A stretch of 64,000 nucleotides of DNA from Terriglobia bacterium (GTDB taxonomy: Bacteria; Acidobacteriota; Terriglobia; Bryobacterales; Bryobacteraceae). The position numbers were made by a program, and so were the translations under genes. The notes under the pieces were generated by a model. The model was given only the letters and a program-made list of their open reading frames with translations, made no database searches and was not told the DNA's origin. Positions 1 to 9,334 of the stretch are shown piece after piece. The stretch is taken from positions 27,374 to 91,373 of the forward strand of contig JAIQFU010000001.1 in the NCBI GenBank assembly GCA_020073115.1. The letters run 5' to 3'. Every line of letters begins with the position of its first letter. Within the stretch, counting starts at the first letter, position 1.

Positions 1-1028
1 CCCAACTGGACCAGATCCAATACGTCCGTTCTCATCCCGGGTACCTGGCCCACATGTGGGGCTCCGGAAACGCGTGGATACCGTTCGCCTTCCGGCTGGC
101 TCCGGCTCTCGTGGCGCTGTTCCTGGGGGCCTTGGTCCTCCTGGCCAGGCGGAAGCGGAGCGGAGCGATCGCGCCCGCGTATCTTTTCCTGGCGGCGAAC
201 TCGATCCTTTTTGCGCTGTTCGAGTTTGTCTTTCACAACGTTGGATTGCGGGTGGCCTACGGGAGCAGTTACATGCTTACGCCGGTGTTCGGCTTTGCCG
301 GCCTTCTCATCGGTGAATGCTGGTTGCCCGAGAGGCGGCGGGAAGGGAGTCCCCTTGGGGAAGAACGCGGAAGGTCCGGCCGCGCTCCCGCCCTGTTCTG
401 CGCGGCTGCGGCGTTATTCGGCCTTGCGCTGCCATACTGCTCGACCCTCCGGACGCTGTCTCCGGCCGAGCCGGCGCGAGTCTGGACGATAATCGCCCTC
501 CTGGCCGTCGCCGCTGGCGCATTGATCTTCGTTCCACGGACGTGGAGACCCGTCTCGGGAGCCCTGTCCTCCCTGGTGATCCTTGCGGGCCTGTTTCTTG
601 GTCCCGCTTGCGATTCTTCGATCGGCTATCCGTTCGACAAGCAAAACGCCGCCGGCTTCGACTCTCTGATGAAGATCTCGGAAGCGATGGACACGGGCCT
701 CGCGCCGGAACGGCGCTTCCGCTTCTGGTATGACCAGGAACCCGCGACCAACGTTTACGCCTCCGAAGCCTCGCTATGGGTGGAGGGATATGTCGATTGC
801 ACTTCCCAAATTCCGGCCGTGCCGGCGCAGTCGCTCTCGGACATCTTTCATCGGAACACGACGTTCGTGCACTTGACGCTGGATCCCGCCAAGATCGCCC
901 GCCGGCGTGAAATTCTCGCGGCAAGGGGAGTTGTTACCGGCAATGAACGGCGGTGGATTGTCCCCTCCGGTTTCGGAAACATCTACGTAGTTATGGAAGA
1001 TGTGGTCGACCTCTCGGCGGTTCACTGA
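1..1028 (+). CDS. polytopic membrane protein with C-terminal soluble domain, function unknown; probably 5'-truncated by the window edge
   Basis: ORF 54..1028 (324 aa) has several hydrophobic helices (LAPALVALFLGALVLL, ALFCAAAALFGLAL, WTIIALLAVAAGALIF, LSSLVILAGLFLG). The same frame is stop-free back to nt 3, so the start may lie upstream of the window. Confidence 0.5.
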   Translation, partial: QLDQIQYVRSHPGYLAHMWGSGNAWIPFAFRLAPALVALFLGALVLLARRKRSGAIAPAYLFLAANSILFALFEFVFHNVGLRVAYGSSYMLTPVFGFAGLLIGECWLPERRREGSPLGEERGRSGRAPALFCAAAALFGLALPYCSTLRTLSPAEPARVWTIIALLAVAAGALIFVPRTWRPVSGALSSLVILAGLFLGPACDSSIGYPFDKQNAAGFDSLMKISEAMDTGLAPERRFRFWYDQEPATNVYASEASLWVEGYVDCTSQIPAVPAQSLSDIFHRNTTFVHLTLDPAKIARRREILAARGVVTGNERRWIVPSGFGNIYVVMEDVVDLSAVH

Positions 1029-1056
1029 CAGGCTGCGGAAAACTCAATAAAAGAAC

Positions 1057-1120
1057 GGCCACGGATGAACGGATGGACACGGATAAAGCGTTTGCTTTGA
1101 ATCCGCGTCCATCCGTGGCC
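1057..1120. terminator. palindromic hairpin of the GGCCACGGATG...CATCCGTGGCC repeat family between convergent genes; putative bidirectional terminator
   Basis: Left arm ggccacggatg..gacacggat pairs with right arm atccgcgtccatccgtggcc. It lies between the stop at 1028 (+) and the stop at 1154 (-). Confidence 0.55.
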
Positions 1121-1153
1121 AGATCGGTCTGGCGGCGGACCGCCAAGAAGGTC

Positions 1154-4100
1154 CTACTGCACCAACCACGATCCGCGCGATTGCCAGCCGCTGCTGGCCC
1201 CGCTCGCGTCGGCCCCGAACATGTAGACGCTCTTCGTCCCGCTATATGCCGTCTTGAATGTCATCGGTAGGTTCAGAGTCAAAGTGTTGCCGCTGATCGT
1301 GGTCGTGGCGGCGCCAACGTTCACCGTGCACTGGCTGTTGGAAAGCGTGCCGGCGGAGCCGAGCGTTGCCGACGTCCACTGGGTCCCCGCATCATTCAGG
1401 AAATGCAGCGTGTTGTCCGGACGGTTGTAGTACAGCATGCAGGAGTTCGCCGACGAGCCCCCGAAGGCGGCCGTGAACCAGACCCAGACCGAGGAGAGTC
1501 CGGTCGCGCCGACGGTATCGGAGTATTGCAGCGCAAAGGTCTGCGCGAGACCGGATCCCGTGTTCGGGGCAGCCGAGTCCGCGGTCACCACCGGCCCCGT
1601 AACCGCCCACGAGCCGAGCGATTGCCAGCCGCTGCTGGCCCCGCTCGCGTCGGCCCCGTACATGTAGATGCTCTTCGTCCCGCTATATGCCGTCTTGAAC
1701 GTCATCGGCAGGTTCAGAGTCAGGCTGTTGCCGCTCGTGGACACCGTTGCGCCCCCTGCGTTCAACGCGCACTGGCTGTTGGAAAGCGTGCCGGCGGAGC
1801 CGAGCGTTGCCGACGTCCACTGGGTCCCCGCGTCATTCAGGAAATACAGCGTGTTGGCCGGGCGGTTGTAGTACAGCATGCAGGAGTTCGCCGACGAGCT
1901 CCCGAATGCGGCCGTGAACCAGACCCAGACCGAGGAGAGTCCGGTCGCACCGACGGTATCGGAGTAGCGCAGCGCAAAGGTCTGCGCGAGACCGGATCCC
2001 GTGTTCGGGGTAGCCGAGTCCGCGGTTACCACCGGACCCGTAACCGCCCACGAGCCGAGCGATTGCCAGCCGCTGTTCGCCCCGTTCGCATCGGCGGCGT
2101 ACAGGTAGACGCTCTTCGTCCCGCTATACGCCGTTTTGAATGTCATCGGCAGGTTTAGGGTCAAAGCGTTGCCGCTGATCGAGGCGGTGGCGCCGCCCAG
2201 GTTCACTGTGCACTGGCTGTTGGAGAGCGTGCCGGCGGAGCCGGGCGCGGCCGACGTCCACTGGTTGCCCGCGTCATTCAGGAAATACAGCGTGTTGGCC
2301 GGGCGGTTGTAGTACAGCATGCAGGAGTTCGCCGACGAGCCCCCGAAGGCCGCCGTGAACCAGACCCAGGCCGAGGAGAGTCCGGTCGCGCCGCCGGTAT
2401 CGGAGTAGCGCAGCGCAAAGGTCTGTGCGAGACCGGATCCCGTGCTCGGGGTAGCCGAGTCGGACGTCACCACCTGGCCTGTCACTCCCCACGAGCCGCG
2501 CGATTGCCAGCCGCTGCTGGCCCCGCTCGCGTCGGCCGCGAACATGTAGACGCTCTTTGTCCCGCCGAACGCCGCGGTGAACGTCATCGGCAGGTTCAGA
2601 GTCAAAGTGTTGCCGCTGATCGCGGCCGTGGCGCCGCCTACGTTCACCGCGCACTGGCTGTTGGAAAGCGTGCCGCCCGAGCTGAGCGTTGCGGACGTCC
2701 ACTGGTTGCCCGCATCATTCAGGAAATACAGGGCATTGGCCGGGCGGTTGTAGTACAGCATGCAGGAGTTCGCCGACGAGCCCCCGAAGGCGGCCGTGAA
2801 CCAGACCCAGGCCGAGGAGAGCCCGGCCGCGCCGCCGCTATCGGAGTATTGCAGCGCAAAGGTCTGTGCGAGACCGGATCCCGTGTTCGGGTTCACCGCG
2901 TCCGACGTCACCACCTCGGTTGGCACGCTCCACGAGCCGCGCGATTGCCAGCCGCTGTTGGCCCCGCTCGCGTCGGCCGCGAACATGTAGACGCTCTTCG
3001 TCCCGCCGTACGCCGCGGTGAACGTCATCGGCAGAGTCAAAGTCAGATTGTTGCCGCTGATCGAGGCCGTGGCGCCGCCTGCGTTCACCGCGCATTGGCT
3101 GTTGGAAAGCGTGCCGGCGGAGCCGAGCGTTGCCGACGTCCACTGGGTCCCCGCGTCATTCAGGAAATACAGCGCGTTGGCCGGGCGGTTGTAGTACAGC
3201 ATGCAGGAGTTCGCCGACGAGCCCCCGAAAGCGGCCGTGAACCAGACCCAGACCGAAGACATTCCCGTGGCTCCGGCGGTATCGGAGTATTGCAGCGCAA
3301 AGGTCTGCGCCATACCGGATCCCGTGCCCGGCGTAGCCGACTCGGACGCCAGCACCGGCACGCTCCACGAGCCGCGCGCCTGCCAGCCGCTGTTCGCCCC
3401 GCCCGCGTCGGCGGCGTACATGTAGATGCTCTTCGTCCCGCCGTACGCCGCGGTGAACGTCATCGGCAGGTTCAGAGTCAAAGTGTTGCCGCTTGTGGAC
3501 GCCGTTGCGCCCCCTGCGTTCACCGTGCATTGGCTGTTGGAAAGCGTGCCGGCGGAGCCGAGCGTTGCGCCCGTCCACAGGTTGCCCCCATTATTCAGGA
3601 AGAACAGCGTGTTCGTCGGCCGGCTGTAGTACAGCATGCAGGAGTTCGCCGACGAGCCCCCGAAGGCGGCCGTGAACCAGACCCAGACCGAGCCGAGTCC
3701 TGTGGCGCCGGCGGTATCGGAGTATTGCAGCGCAAAGGTCTGCGCCAGACCGGACCCTGTGCCCGGGGTAACCGAGTCGGACGTCACCGTGAGAACCGTG
3801 ATATCCGTCGAGTCCGTAGCGTTGGCGCCGGCCGAACCGCCGCCCGTCACGCTCACGCTATTGACCTGCGGGGATGTCGCGTTGGCCGCCACGTTCACCG
3901 TCACCGTAATCGGCTGGTAGCTTGCCCCCGCCGCGAGCGTGTCGCTCCGCGTGCACGATATTCCGCCTTGGGGGCAGGTCCATCCAGTACCCGCCATGGA
4001 TACCAGGGCCAGGCCGCCGGGCCTGCTTTCCGTCACCGTAAGGGCGCCATTCGTCGGGCCGGCGCCCACGGCGTTCCGCACGGTCACGGTATAAACGGCG

Positions 4101-7100
4101 TTTGCCTGGCCCTGCACGAAGTTCCCCGAATGAGTCTTGGAAATGCTCAATGAGGCGGCAGTCCCCTGAACGGTGATGTCCAACTGCCGCATGGAAGTCG
4201 GAATCGTCCAGCCCAGCGGCTGCGCGGCGGAGATAGACGTGGTTCCCCCAGCTTTAGGCGTAAACATGGCGCCGATGACGTAAGTCCCGGGCGCGATTGT
4301 GACGGTGTTCGGCACGGTTCCCGTTCCGCTATTCGTGTTTTGGAGCGTCACAACCAGGGGAGCGCCTCCTGCGAGCGACTGCGGGGCCACGGGCGCCCCC
4401 ACCGGATCCAGGTAAGCGGTGGTCACCGCGAGCGCTACCGGTCCCCCGGACAATTGGATGGGCGTCGCCGGTCCCAAAATGAGGATGCTCGATGGGGCCA
4501 GGTCGACGGCGCCGGTCCCCTGGGCGTACCCCGGGGCGTTCGCGGTGTACGTTACCGAGCCCGATGATCCAAGAGCCTGGACGTAATACTTCGCATACGT
4601 GCCCCCGCCGGCAATGTGCAGCGTGAGGATGGACGACCCGGCGGTGGTTGCCGAGGCCGACAACGCCAGGGATCCTGAATTGCTCTGCAGCGTTACGTCC
4701 ACGCCCCCGGGCGGCGCCGCAACCGGCAAAATCAGCGAGCCTTCCTCCTCGAGAAACCGGCCGATCGCTTGCCCCTGGTCGTTCGTGAAGGAGGTCAACA
4801 ATGGCGCCGTCGCTTGGACCGTCGCCTTGATGGATGGGGCGGAGGTATATCCTGTCGAAGTCGCCGTTATCGTGGTCCAGCCGTTGGCGACCGGATGAAA
4901 CGCCGTCGAGGCGTAAAACGCGCCCCCGCTAATCGCGATCGGCGACGTGGTAATCGTCCCTACTGAAGTCGTGCCGCTCGTGACAGCCACGGAGATGGTT
5001 GCGCCGCCGGCGACCGCCTGAAATTCCAGCAGGGGCGACAACCGCACCGACCACACCTCGATCGTCGCGTTGCCCACGCCCAGCGGCATGGTGAAGTCCG
5101 TGCTGTCTCCGAATGGCGAGTGCATGAGCAGACCCGAAGGAGCCAGTCCGACGGTTCCATCAATGCTGCCGTAGCCGGGCGCCGTTGCCGTGTATCCGGC
5201 CGACCCCGAGCTGTCGAGTCCCACCACATAAAAATCGGGCGTAAATCTGTGGTTTGCCGGGATCATCAGGCTAATGAGGGGGGAAGGAGTCCCTGTCGGC
5301 GAGCTCGAGAACTTTAGTTTCGTCTCGTCGTTACTTTGCAGCGTCACCGTCACGTCGACGGGAGTACTTCCGGTCAGCTCGATACTGGCCGCCACCTGCA
5401 GATTCTTTCCAACCGTCGCGTTGAACGGCTTCATGCCGCTCTGCTGGACCGTAACGGCCACGGAATACCCCGTGGCCGGCAGCGCCGGGGGCGCTCCGAG
5501 GGCCACGGTTGTGGCGCCCGAGCCGCTCGCCGTAAACTGCACGATTGCGCTGTCCATTCCACCTTCGAATGGGACCGAAGAGGGCGAGACAGTCCCGACT
5601 GAACTCATGGTGCTGCTGATGGGTACGCTTACCGTGTACCCGCCGCGCACCTGCTGGGTTTCGGCAAACAGGTTCGAACCATCCAACCGCGCAGCCCAAA
5701 TCGTAAGCGGAGTGGTCACTCCTGCGTAAGTCGAGAGCGTTGCGCCCATACCGCCCGGCGACATAAGGACGAACCCGGATCTGGAAAGGGTCACGGAGCC
5801 TGCGCCGTCGGCGTACCCTCCCCCGCGCGCCGTGATCGTAGCTGAACCCTCGGAGCTAAAAGCTTGCGCGTACGTCCCGATGGATGAGGTCCCGGCTGGG
5901 ATCGTCGTCGTGATCTGCCCCGTGCCCGCCGCGCCCGAAGCTCCGAGCTTCACGAGGCTTGGGTTGGAGGATTCGATGGTCAGGAAGACATCGCTATCCG
6001 GGGTCGGCGAGAGCGTAATCGTGATCATCGCCTGCCGGTTTTCGCCCACGGTCGCATCCGACACCGTAATTACGGGCCCGGCCCCCAGCGTCTTCTTGCC
6101 GACACTCGGCCGCGGCGCCGTCACCGTGGTTGTCGCTATCCCACGCGCCGCGGGAAACGTGCAGTCCGCAATCACATAACCGCGGAAACCCGGAACAGCC
6201 GGAATCCCTTGAGCGGGATTGCCTTCAGAAAGCGAGAAGGACAACCGGTCGCCGGGGCGGATCTGCGTGGAGGCGCTCGGGGAAGGCGTACTGCCGTTCC
6301 CGGCCATGTCGCCGAAGTAGGAAATCGCGCATGCCCCGGGGGTTTGGGCTGTTCCAAAGGGGTCCTGAGAAGTATTTGCGATGACTATCCCGGTATCGGC
6401 CCCGTTCCGGTTCGTAACCGCGCTGAACAACAAGCTGGAAGGCCCAGCGCTCCTTGGAATCTCCAGGATCTCGGCCGTTTCACTGCCGCCGTCCGAGCCG
6501 GCGCCCGCCGGACTCGTGAATGCCCAGCCCCGGGAATGGGGAAATGGGCACTCCGCGACAACGTACCCCTGGAACCCCGGAGCCAGAAGCGAAGTGGACG
6601 CAGTGTATACGGATCCCGCCGCGATATTCTCCGTCGCGATGGGAAACGGCGCGTTCGCCCCGTGAAAGCTCAGGGTGCACGACCCGGAAGTCCCGCTCGT
6701 CCCAAACGGATCCGAACCCGTGTTCGCGATCGCGAGCCGGGTGTTCGCGCCGTCCTGATTCGTAACCGAGGAGAACAACAGTGGCTTGGCGGTTGCCCCA
6801 CGAGTACTGCTCACTACTTCCGCGGTTTCGGAAAACGCCGTCTTTTGCGTCAAACCATCGGTGATGACCCCTACTCCAGTCGCACCGGCAAAGTTACAAG
6901 CCGCGATGACATATCCTTCGAATCCGGGCGCCGTTGCGGAAGCCGATGTTAGATATACGGAGCCGGGAGCAATTGCCGGAGTTATCGTTGCCGCCGGAGC
7001 ATTTGCGCCATAGAAATACAACGCGCACGATCCGGATAAAGGGGCGGACCCGAATGGATCCGCGCTCGTATTACCGAGGGCGATGCGGCTGTCGAATCCA

Positions 7101-7612
7101 TCTTTGTTCGTAATAAAAGGAAACAGTAGGTATTGCGGTGTTACTGCGCTCCTGGGGAGAGTAAGTCCTTGAGCGTCGATCGAAAAGCCCGACTGCCCGG
7201 CCGCATAGATTTTGGCCATTCCCTTCGCGAGCGGAAACCCGCAGCTTGCGGCAATATAGCCCTGGAAAGCCGGGGCGGCGGCTATTCCACCCCCACCTTG
7301 CGACACGTTGAATACGAATTGCCGGCCCGCTGCAATCGGGACCGGCGCGCTTGCCGGAGGGGCTCCGGATCCGTAGAAGGATAAGGCGCAGTCTCCGGAT
7401 TGCGGCGCTGTTCCAAACGTGTCCTGCGACGTATTGGATATCGTGATCTCCGTGTCGAGACCCGGCTGGGTAGTCACAAACGGGAAAAGAAGGCGTGTTT
7501 CCATTGCGGAGGAACGCGGTGTTCCTACAAGCTCCGCTTGTTGCGTGGTGACCACGTCGCCCGCCCACATCATCGTTCCGCAAGCGTACAGTAACAGGAT
7601 AGACTTTTTCAT
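1154..7612 (-). CDS. giant secreted repeat protein (2152 aa), adhesin/matrix-like, function unknown
   Basis: Longest ORF in the region. Signal-peptide-like N-terminus MKKSILLLYACGTMMWAGD. Four N-terminal Cys-containing modules of roughly 100-130 aa, a central S/T/G/A-rich Ig-like region, a DUF11-like segment (SISKTHSGNFVQGQANAVYTVTVRN) and six 146-147 aa C-terminal tandem repeats. Confidence 0.85.
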   Translation of the reverse strand: MKKSILLLYACGTMMWAGDVVTTQQAELVGTPRSSAMETRLLFPFVTTQPGLDTEITISNTSQDTFGTAPQSGDCALSFYGSGAPPASAPVPIAAGRQFVFNVSQGGGGIAAAPAFQGYIAASCGFPLAKGMAKIYAAGQSGFSIDAQGLTLPRSAVTPQYLLFPFITNKDGFDSRIALGNTSADPFGSAPLSGSCALYFYGANAPAATITPAIAPGSVYLTSASATAPGFEGYVIAACNFAGATGVGVITDGLTQKTAFSETAEVVSSTRGATAKPLLFSSVTNQDGANTRLAIANTGSDPFGTSGTSGSCTLSFHGANAPFPIATENIAAGSVYTASTSLLAPGFQGYVVAECPFPHSRGWAFTSPAGAGSDGGSETAEILEIPRSAGPSSLLFSAVTNRNGADTGIVIANTSQDPFGTAQTPGACAISYFGDMAGNGSTPSPSASTQIRPGDRLSFSLSEGNPAQGIPAVPGFRGYVIADCTFPAARGIATTTVTAPRPSVGKKTLGAGPVITVSDATVGENRQAMITITLSPTPDSDVFLTIESSNPSLVKLGASGAAGTGQITTTIPAGTSSIGTYAQAFSSEGSATITARGGGYADGAGSVTLSRSGFVLMSPGGMGATLSTYAGVTTPLTIWAARLDGSNLFAETQQVRGGYTVSVPISSTMSSVGTVSPSSVPFEGGMDSAIVQFTASGSGATTVALGAPPALPATGYSVAVTVQQSGMKPFNATVGKNLQVAASIELTGSTPVDVTVTLQSNDETKLKFSSSPTGTPSPLISLMIPANHRFTPDFYVVGLDSSGSAGYTATAPGYGSIDGTVGLAPSGLLMHSPFGDSTDFTMPLGVGNATIEVWSVRLSPLLEFQAVAGGATISVAVTSGTTSVGTITTSPIAISGGAFYASTAFHPVANGWTTITATSTGYTSAPSIKATVQATAPLLTSFTNDQGQAIGRFLEEEGSLILPVAAPPGGVDVTLQSNSGSLALSASATTAGSSILTLHIAGGGTYAKYYVQALGSSGSVTYTANAPGYAQGTGAVDLAPSSILILGPATPIQLSGGPVALAVTTAYLDPVGAPVAPQSLAGGAPLVVTLQNTNSGTGTVPNTVTIAPGTYVIGAMFTPKAGGTTSISAAQPLGWTIPTSMRQLDITVQGTAASLSISKTHSGNFVQGQANAVYTVTVRNAVGAGPTNGALTVTESRPGGLALVSMAGTGWTCPQGGISCTRSDTLAAGASYQPITVTVNVAANATSPQVNSVSVTGGGSAGANATDSTDITVLTVTSDSVTPGTGSGLAQTFALQYSDTAGATGLGSVWVWFTAAFGGSSANSCMLYYSRPTNTLFFLNNGGNLWTGATLGSAGTLSNSQCTVNAGGATASTSGNTLTLNLPMTFTAAYGGTKSIYMYAADAGGANSGWQARGSWSVPVLASESATPGTGSGMAQTFALQYSDTAGATGMSSVWVWFTAAFGGSSANSCMLYYNRPANALYFLNDAGTQWTSATLGSAGTLSNSQCAVNAGGATASISGNNLTLTLPMTFTAAYGGTKSVYMFAADASGANSGWQSRGSWSVPTEVVTSDAVNPNTGSGLAQTFALQYSDSGGAAGLSSAWVWFTAAFGGSSANSCMLYYNRPANALYFLNDAGNQWTSATLSSGGTLSNSQCAVNVGGATAAISGNTLTLNLPMTFTAAFGGTKSVYMFAADASGASSGWQSRGSWGVTGQVVTSDSATPSTGSGLAQTFALRYSDTGGATGLSSAWVWFTAAFGGSSANSCMLYYNRPANTLYFLNDAGNQWTSAAPGSAGTLSNSQCTVNLGGATASISGNALTLNLPMTFKTAYSGTKSVYLYAADANGANSGWQSLGSWAVTGPVVTADSATPNTGSGLAQTFALRYSDTVGATGLSSVWVWFTAAFGSSSANSCMLYYNRPANTLYFLNDAGTQWTSATLGSAGTLSNSQCALNAGGATVSTSGNSLTLNLPMTFKTAYSGTKSIYMYGADASGASSGWQSLGSWAVTGPVVTADSAAPNTGSGLAQTFALQYSDTVGATGLSSVWVWFTAAFGGSSANSCMLYYNRPDNTLHFLNDAGTQWTSATLGSAGTLSNSQCTVNVGAATTTISGNTLTLNLPMTFKTAYSGTKSVYMFGADASGASSGWQSRGSWLVQ
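1157..3795 (-). repeat. six tandem coding repeats of about 441 bp (C-terminal repeats of the giant protein)
   Basis: Protein repeats start VT(S/A)DS(A/V)TP(N/G/S)TGSG and end SGWQS(R/L)GSW. Plus-strand shadow ORFs beginning MQEFADEPPKAAVNQTQ recur at 1437, 2760, 3201 and 3636 (spacings 3x441, 441, 435 bp). Confidence 0.9.
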
Positions 7613-7850
7613 AGTTCCACCGTCTTATGCAGCCCTTGGATAATAATAAGACGATTTTGCCCGATGCAAGACTGGTTGAGGCCTTTTAAACTAAGTTCAA
7701 GTACCATAGGTTCGCCGGGATTATCCTGCACTTACGATAGGACTTCCCCGACTTATGTACTTCTGGGAATGTCCCTGACGCAGGACAAACTAACGCGGCG
7801 TCTTAGTTAGTTTTAATTAGTTAAATTGGGAGGGCGCTCCAGCCTGTATG
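7613..7850. promoter_or_regulatory. AT-rich divergent intergenic region upstream of the giant-protein gene, with an inverted repeat and TTAGTTA-type direct repeats
   Basis: Sharp drop in GC relative to the flanks. Contains aactaa-cgcggcgtc-ttagtt (about 7788-7808) followed by ttagttagttttaattagttaaatt. Confidence 0.3.
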
Positions 7851-8145
7851 GAAGGCGCGCGCGAGCCTGCCCCGCCGATGGCGGCCTGGCGCTACGCCGG
7901 CGTCCGGTTTCCCCGGTCCGGTGACCTTCGGCTAGCCCCGCGCTCCCCTCCCGCGCCGCTGTATTCGTCAGGGTATCCCCGGAGCCCACGGCGAAGGTTT
8001 CACGGCGGCCCCGCGCGCGCCGGCTGTTTTGCGGCGTCACCGGGATCCCCGCCGCGCCCCGCCGGTGGAACCGGCGGCCGCCATGCCATACTGATTTCGT
8101 GGCGGCTGCCGACGAGTTTCACGCGCACTCAGCCCTGGAGGCTGG

Positions 8146-9300
8146 ATGATCGCCGCCGCCCTGCTGCTCGCCGCTGCCCTGTTCATCTTTTACGTCCTGA
8201 TCGGCTATCCCCTTCTTCTCGCACTGCTGAAATTTCGCGCCGCGCCTCCGGTTCGCAAGGACCCGGGGCTTCGGACTACGGTTTCAGTCGTGGTGGCGGT
8301 GCACAACGGAGAGGAGTTCATCCGCGCCAAACTGGAGTCTCTCCTGGCGCTGAACTATCCCAGGGACCTGTTGGACATCCTCGTGGCGTCGGACGGATCC
8401 ACGGACGGAACCGACGGCATCGTCGAGTCCTTTGCCGCACGCGGCGTGCGCTTGCTCCGCCTGCCACGGGGGGGGAAATCCGCCGCCCTCAATGCCGCCT
8501 TCGAGAAGGTCTCGGGCGAGATTTTGCTCCTTACGGATGTCCGGCAGGCGCTCGATCCCGACGCCCTGGCGCGCCTGGTATCAAATTTCGCCGACCCCTC
8601 GGTGGGAGTCGTCAGCGGCGAGCTGCGTTTCCTCAATCCGGATCGCAGCGGCGAACAGGCCGACATGGAGTTGTACTGGCGTTACGAGTTGTGGGTTCGC
8701 CGCCGGCACGGCGGCATCGACTCCATTTTCGGCGCCACGGGCTGCATCTGCGCGCTGCGGCGTACCCTGGGCGCGCCGATCCCCACGGATACGCTCGACG
8801 ACGATGTGGCCATCCCGCTGCGGGCGTTCTTACAGGGATACCGCGTTATTCTCGATCCGGAAGCCGCGGCATTCGACTACCCCACGCAGGAGGGCGGGGA
8901 GTTCCGGCGGAAGCTGAGGACATTGGCCGGCCTCTGGCAGATCCTGGTCCGCAACCCGAAGTTGTTCACGCGCGCGAATCGGATGCGGTTTCACTTCTTC
9001 TCCCATAAATTCGCCCGGCTGGTATTGCCCTGGGCCCTTCTTCTGGCGTGTGGCGCGACGGTTGCCCTGCCCCACTCGTCCTTCCGGAGCTTTCTGCTCT
9101 TTGACGAGGCCGCCTTCGTTCTTCTCGCCGCCATCGACAGGTTCGTGCCCAAGAAGTTCGCCTTGAAACGGGTTACCTCGCCGGCGAGGACGTTCCTGGT
9201 CATGAACGCCGCAACCTTGCTGGCTATCGTTGTCTTCGTGGTCCCGCCGGGGATCCTCTGGGGGCGGACACGGGTGAGAGGAGCCCGCGCTTCCGGCTGA
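8146..9300 (+). CDS. family 2 glycosyltransferase with N- and C-terminal transmembrane segments (synthase-like)
   Basis: 384 aa. GT2 motifs VVVAVHNGEEFI and ILVASDGSTDGT. C-terminal hydrophobic helices. Paralog of 41248..42405. Confidence 0.85.
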   Translation: MIAAALLLAAALFIFYVLIGYPLLLALLKFRAAPPVRKDPGLRTTVSVVVAVHNGEEFIRAKLESLLALNYPRDLLDILVASDGSTDGTDGIVESFAARGVRLLRLPRGGKSAALNAAFEKVSGEILLLTDVRQALDPDALARLVSNFADPSVGVVSGELRFLNPDRSGEQADMELYWRYELWVRRRHGGIDSIFGATGCICALRRTLGAPIPTDTLDDDVAIPLRAFLQGYRVILDPEAAAFDYPTQEGGEFRRKLRTLAGLWQILVRNPKLFTRANRMRFHFFSHKFARLVLPWALLLACGATVALPHSSFRSFLLFDEAAFVLLAAIDRFVPKKFALKRVTSPARTFLVMNAATLLAIVVFVVPPGILWGRTRVRGARASG

Positions 9301-9334
9301 TGCCGGCCCGGTCCCTCAGAGGGCGCCGTTCCCT

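Noticed and set aside
2504-4153. 549-aa plus-strand ORF, and many shorter ones at 1403-3920, inside the giant-protein gene
   Set aside because: They repeat with the 441-bp period of the coding repeats on the minus strand and are R/G/A/P-rich. They are mirror images of the real gene.
7848-9008. 386-aa ORF starting upstream of and overlapping the GT2 gene at 8146
   Set aside because: R/P/G-rich low-complexity translation, out of frame with a well-supported GT2 gene.
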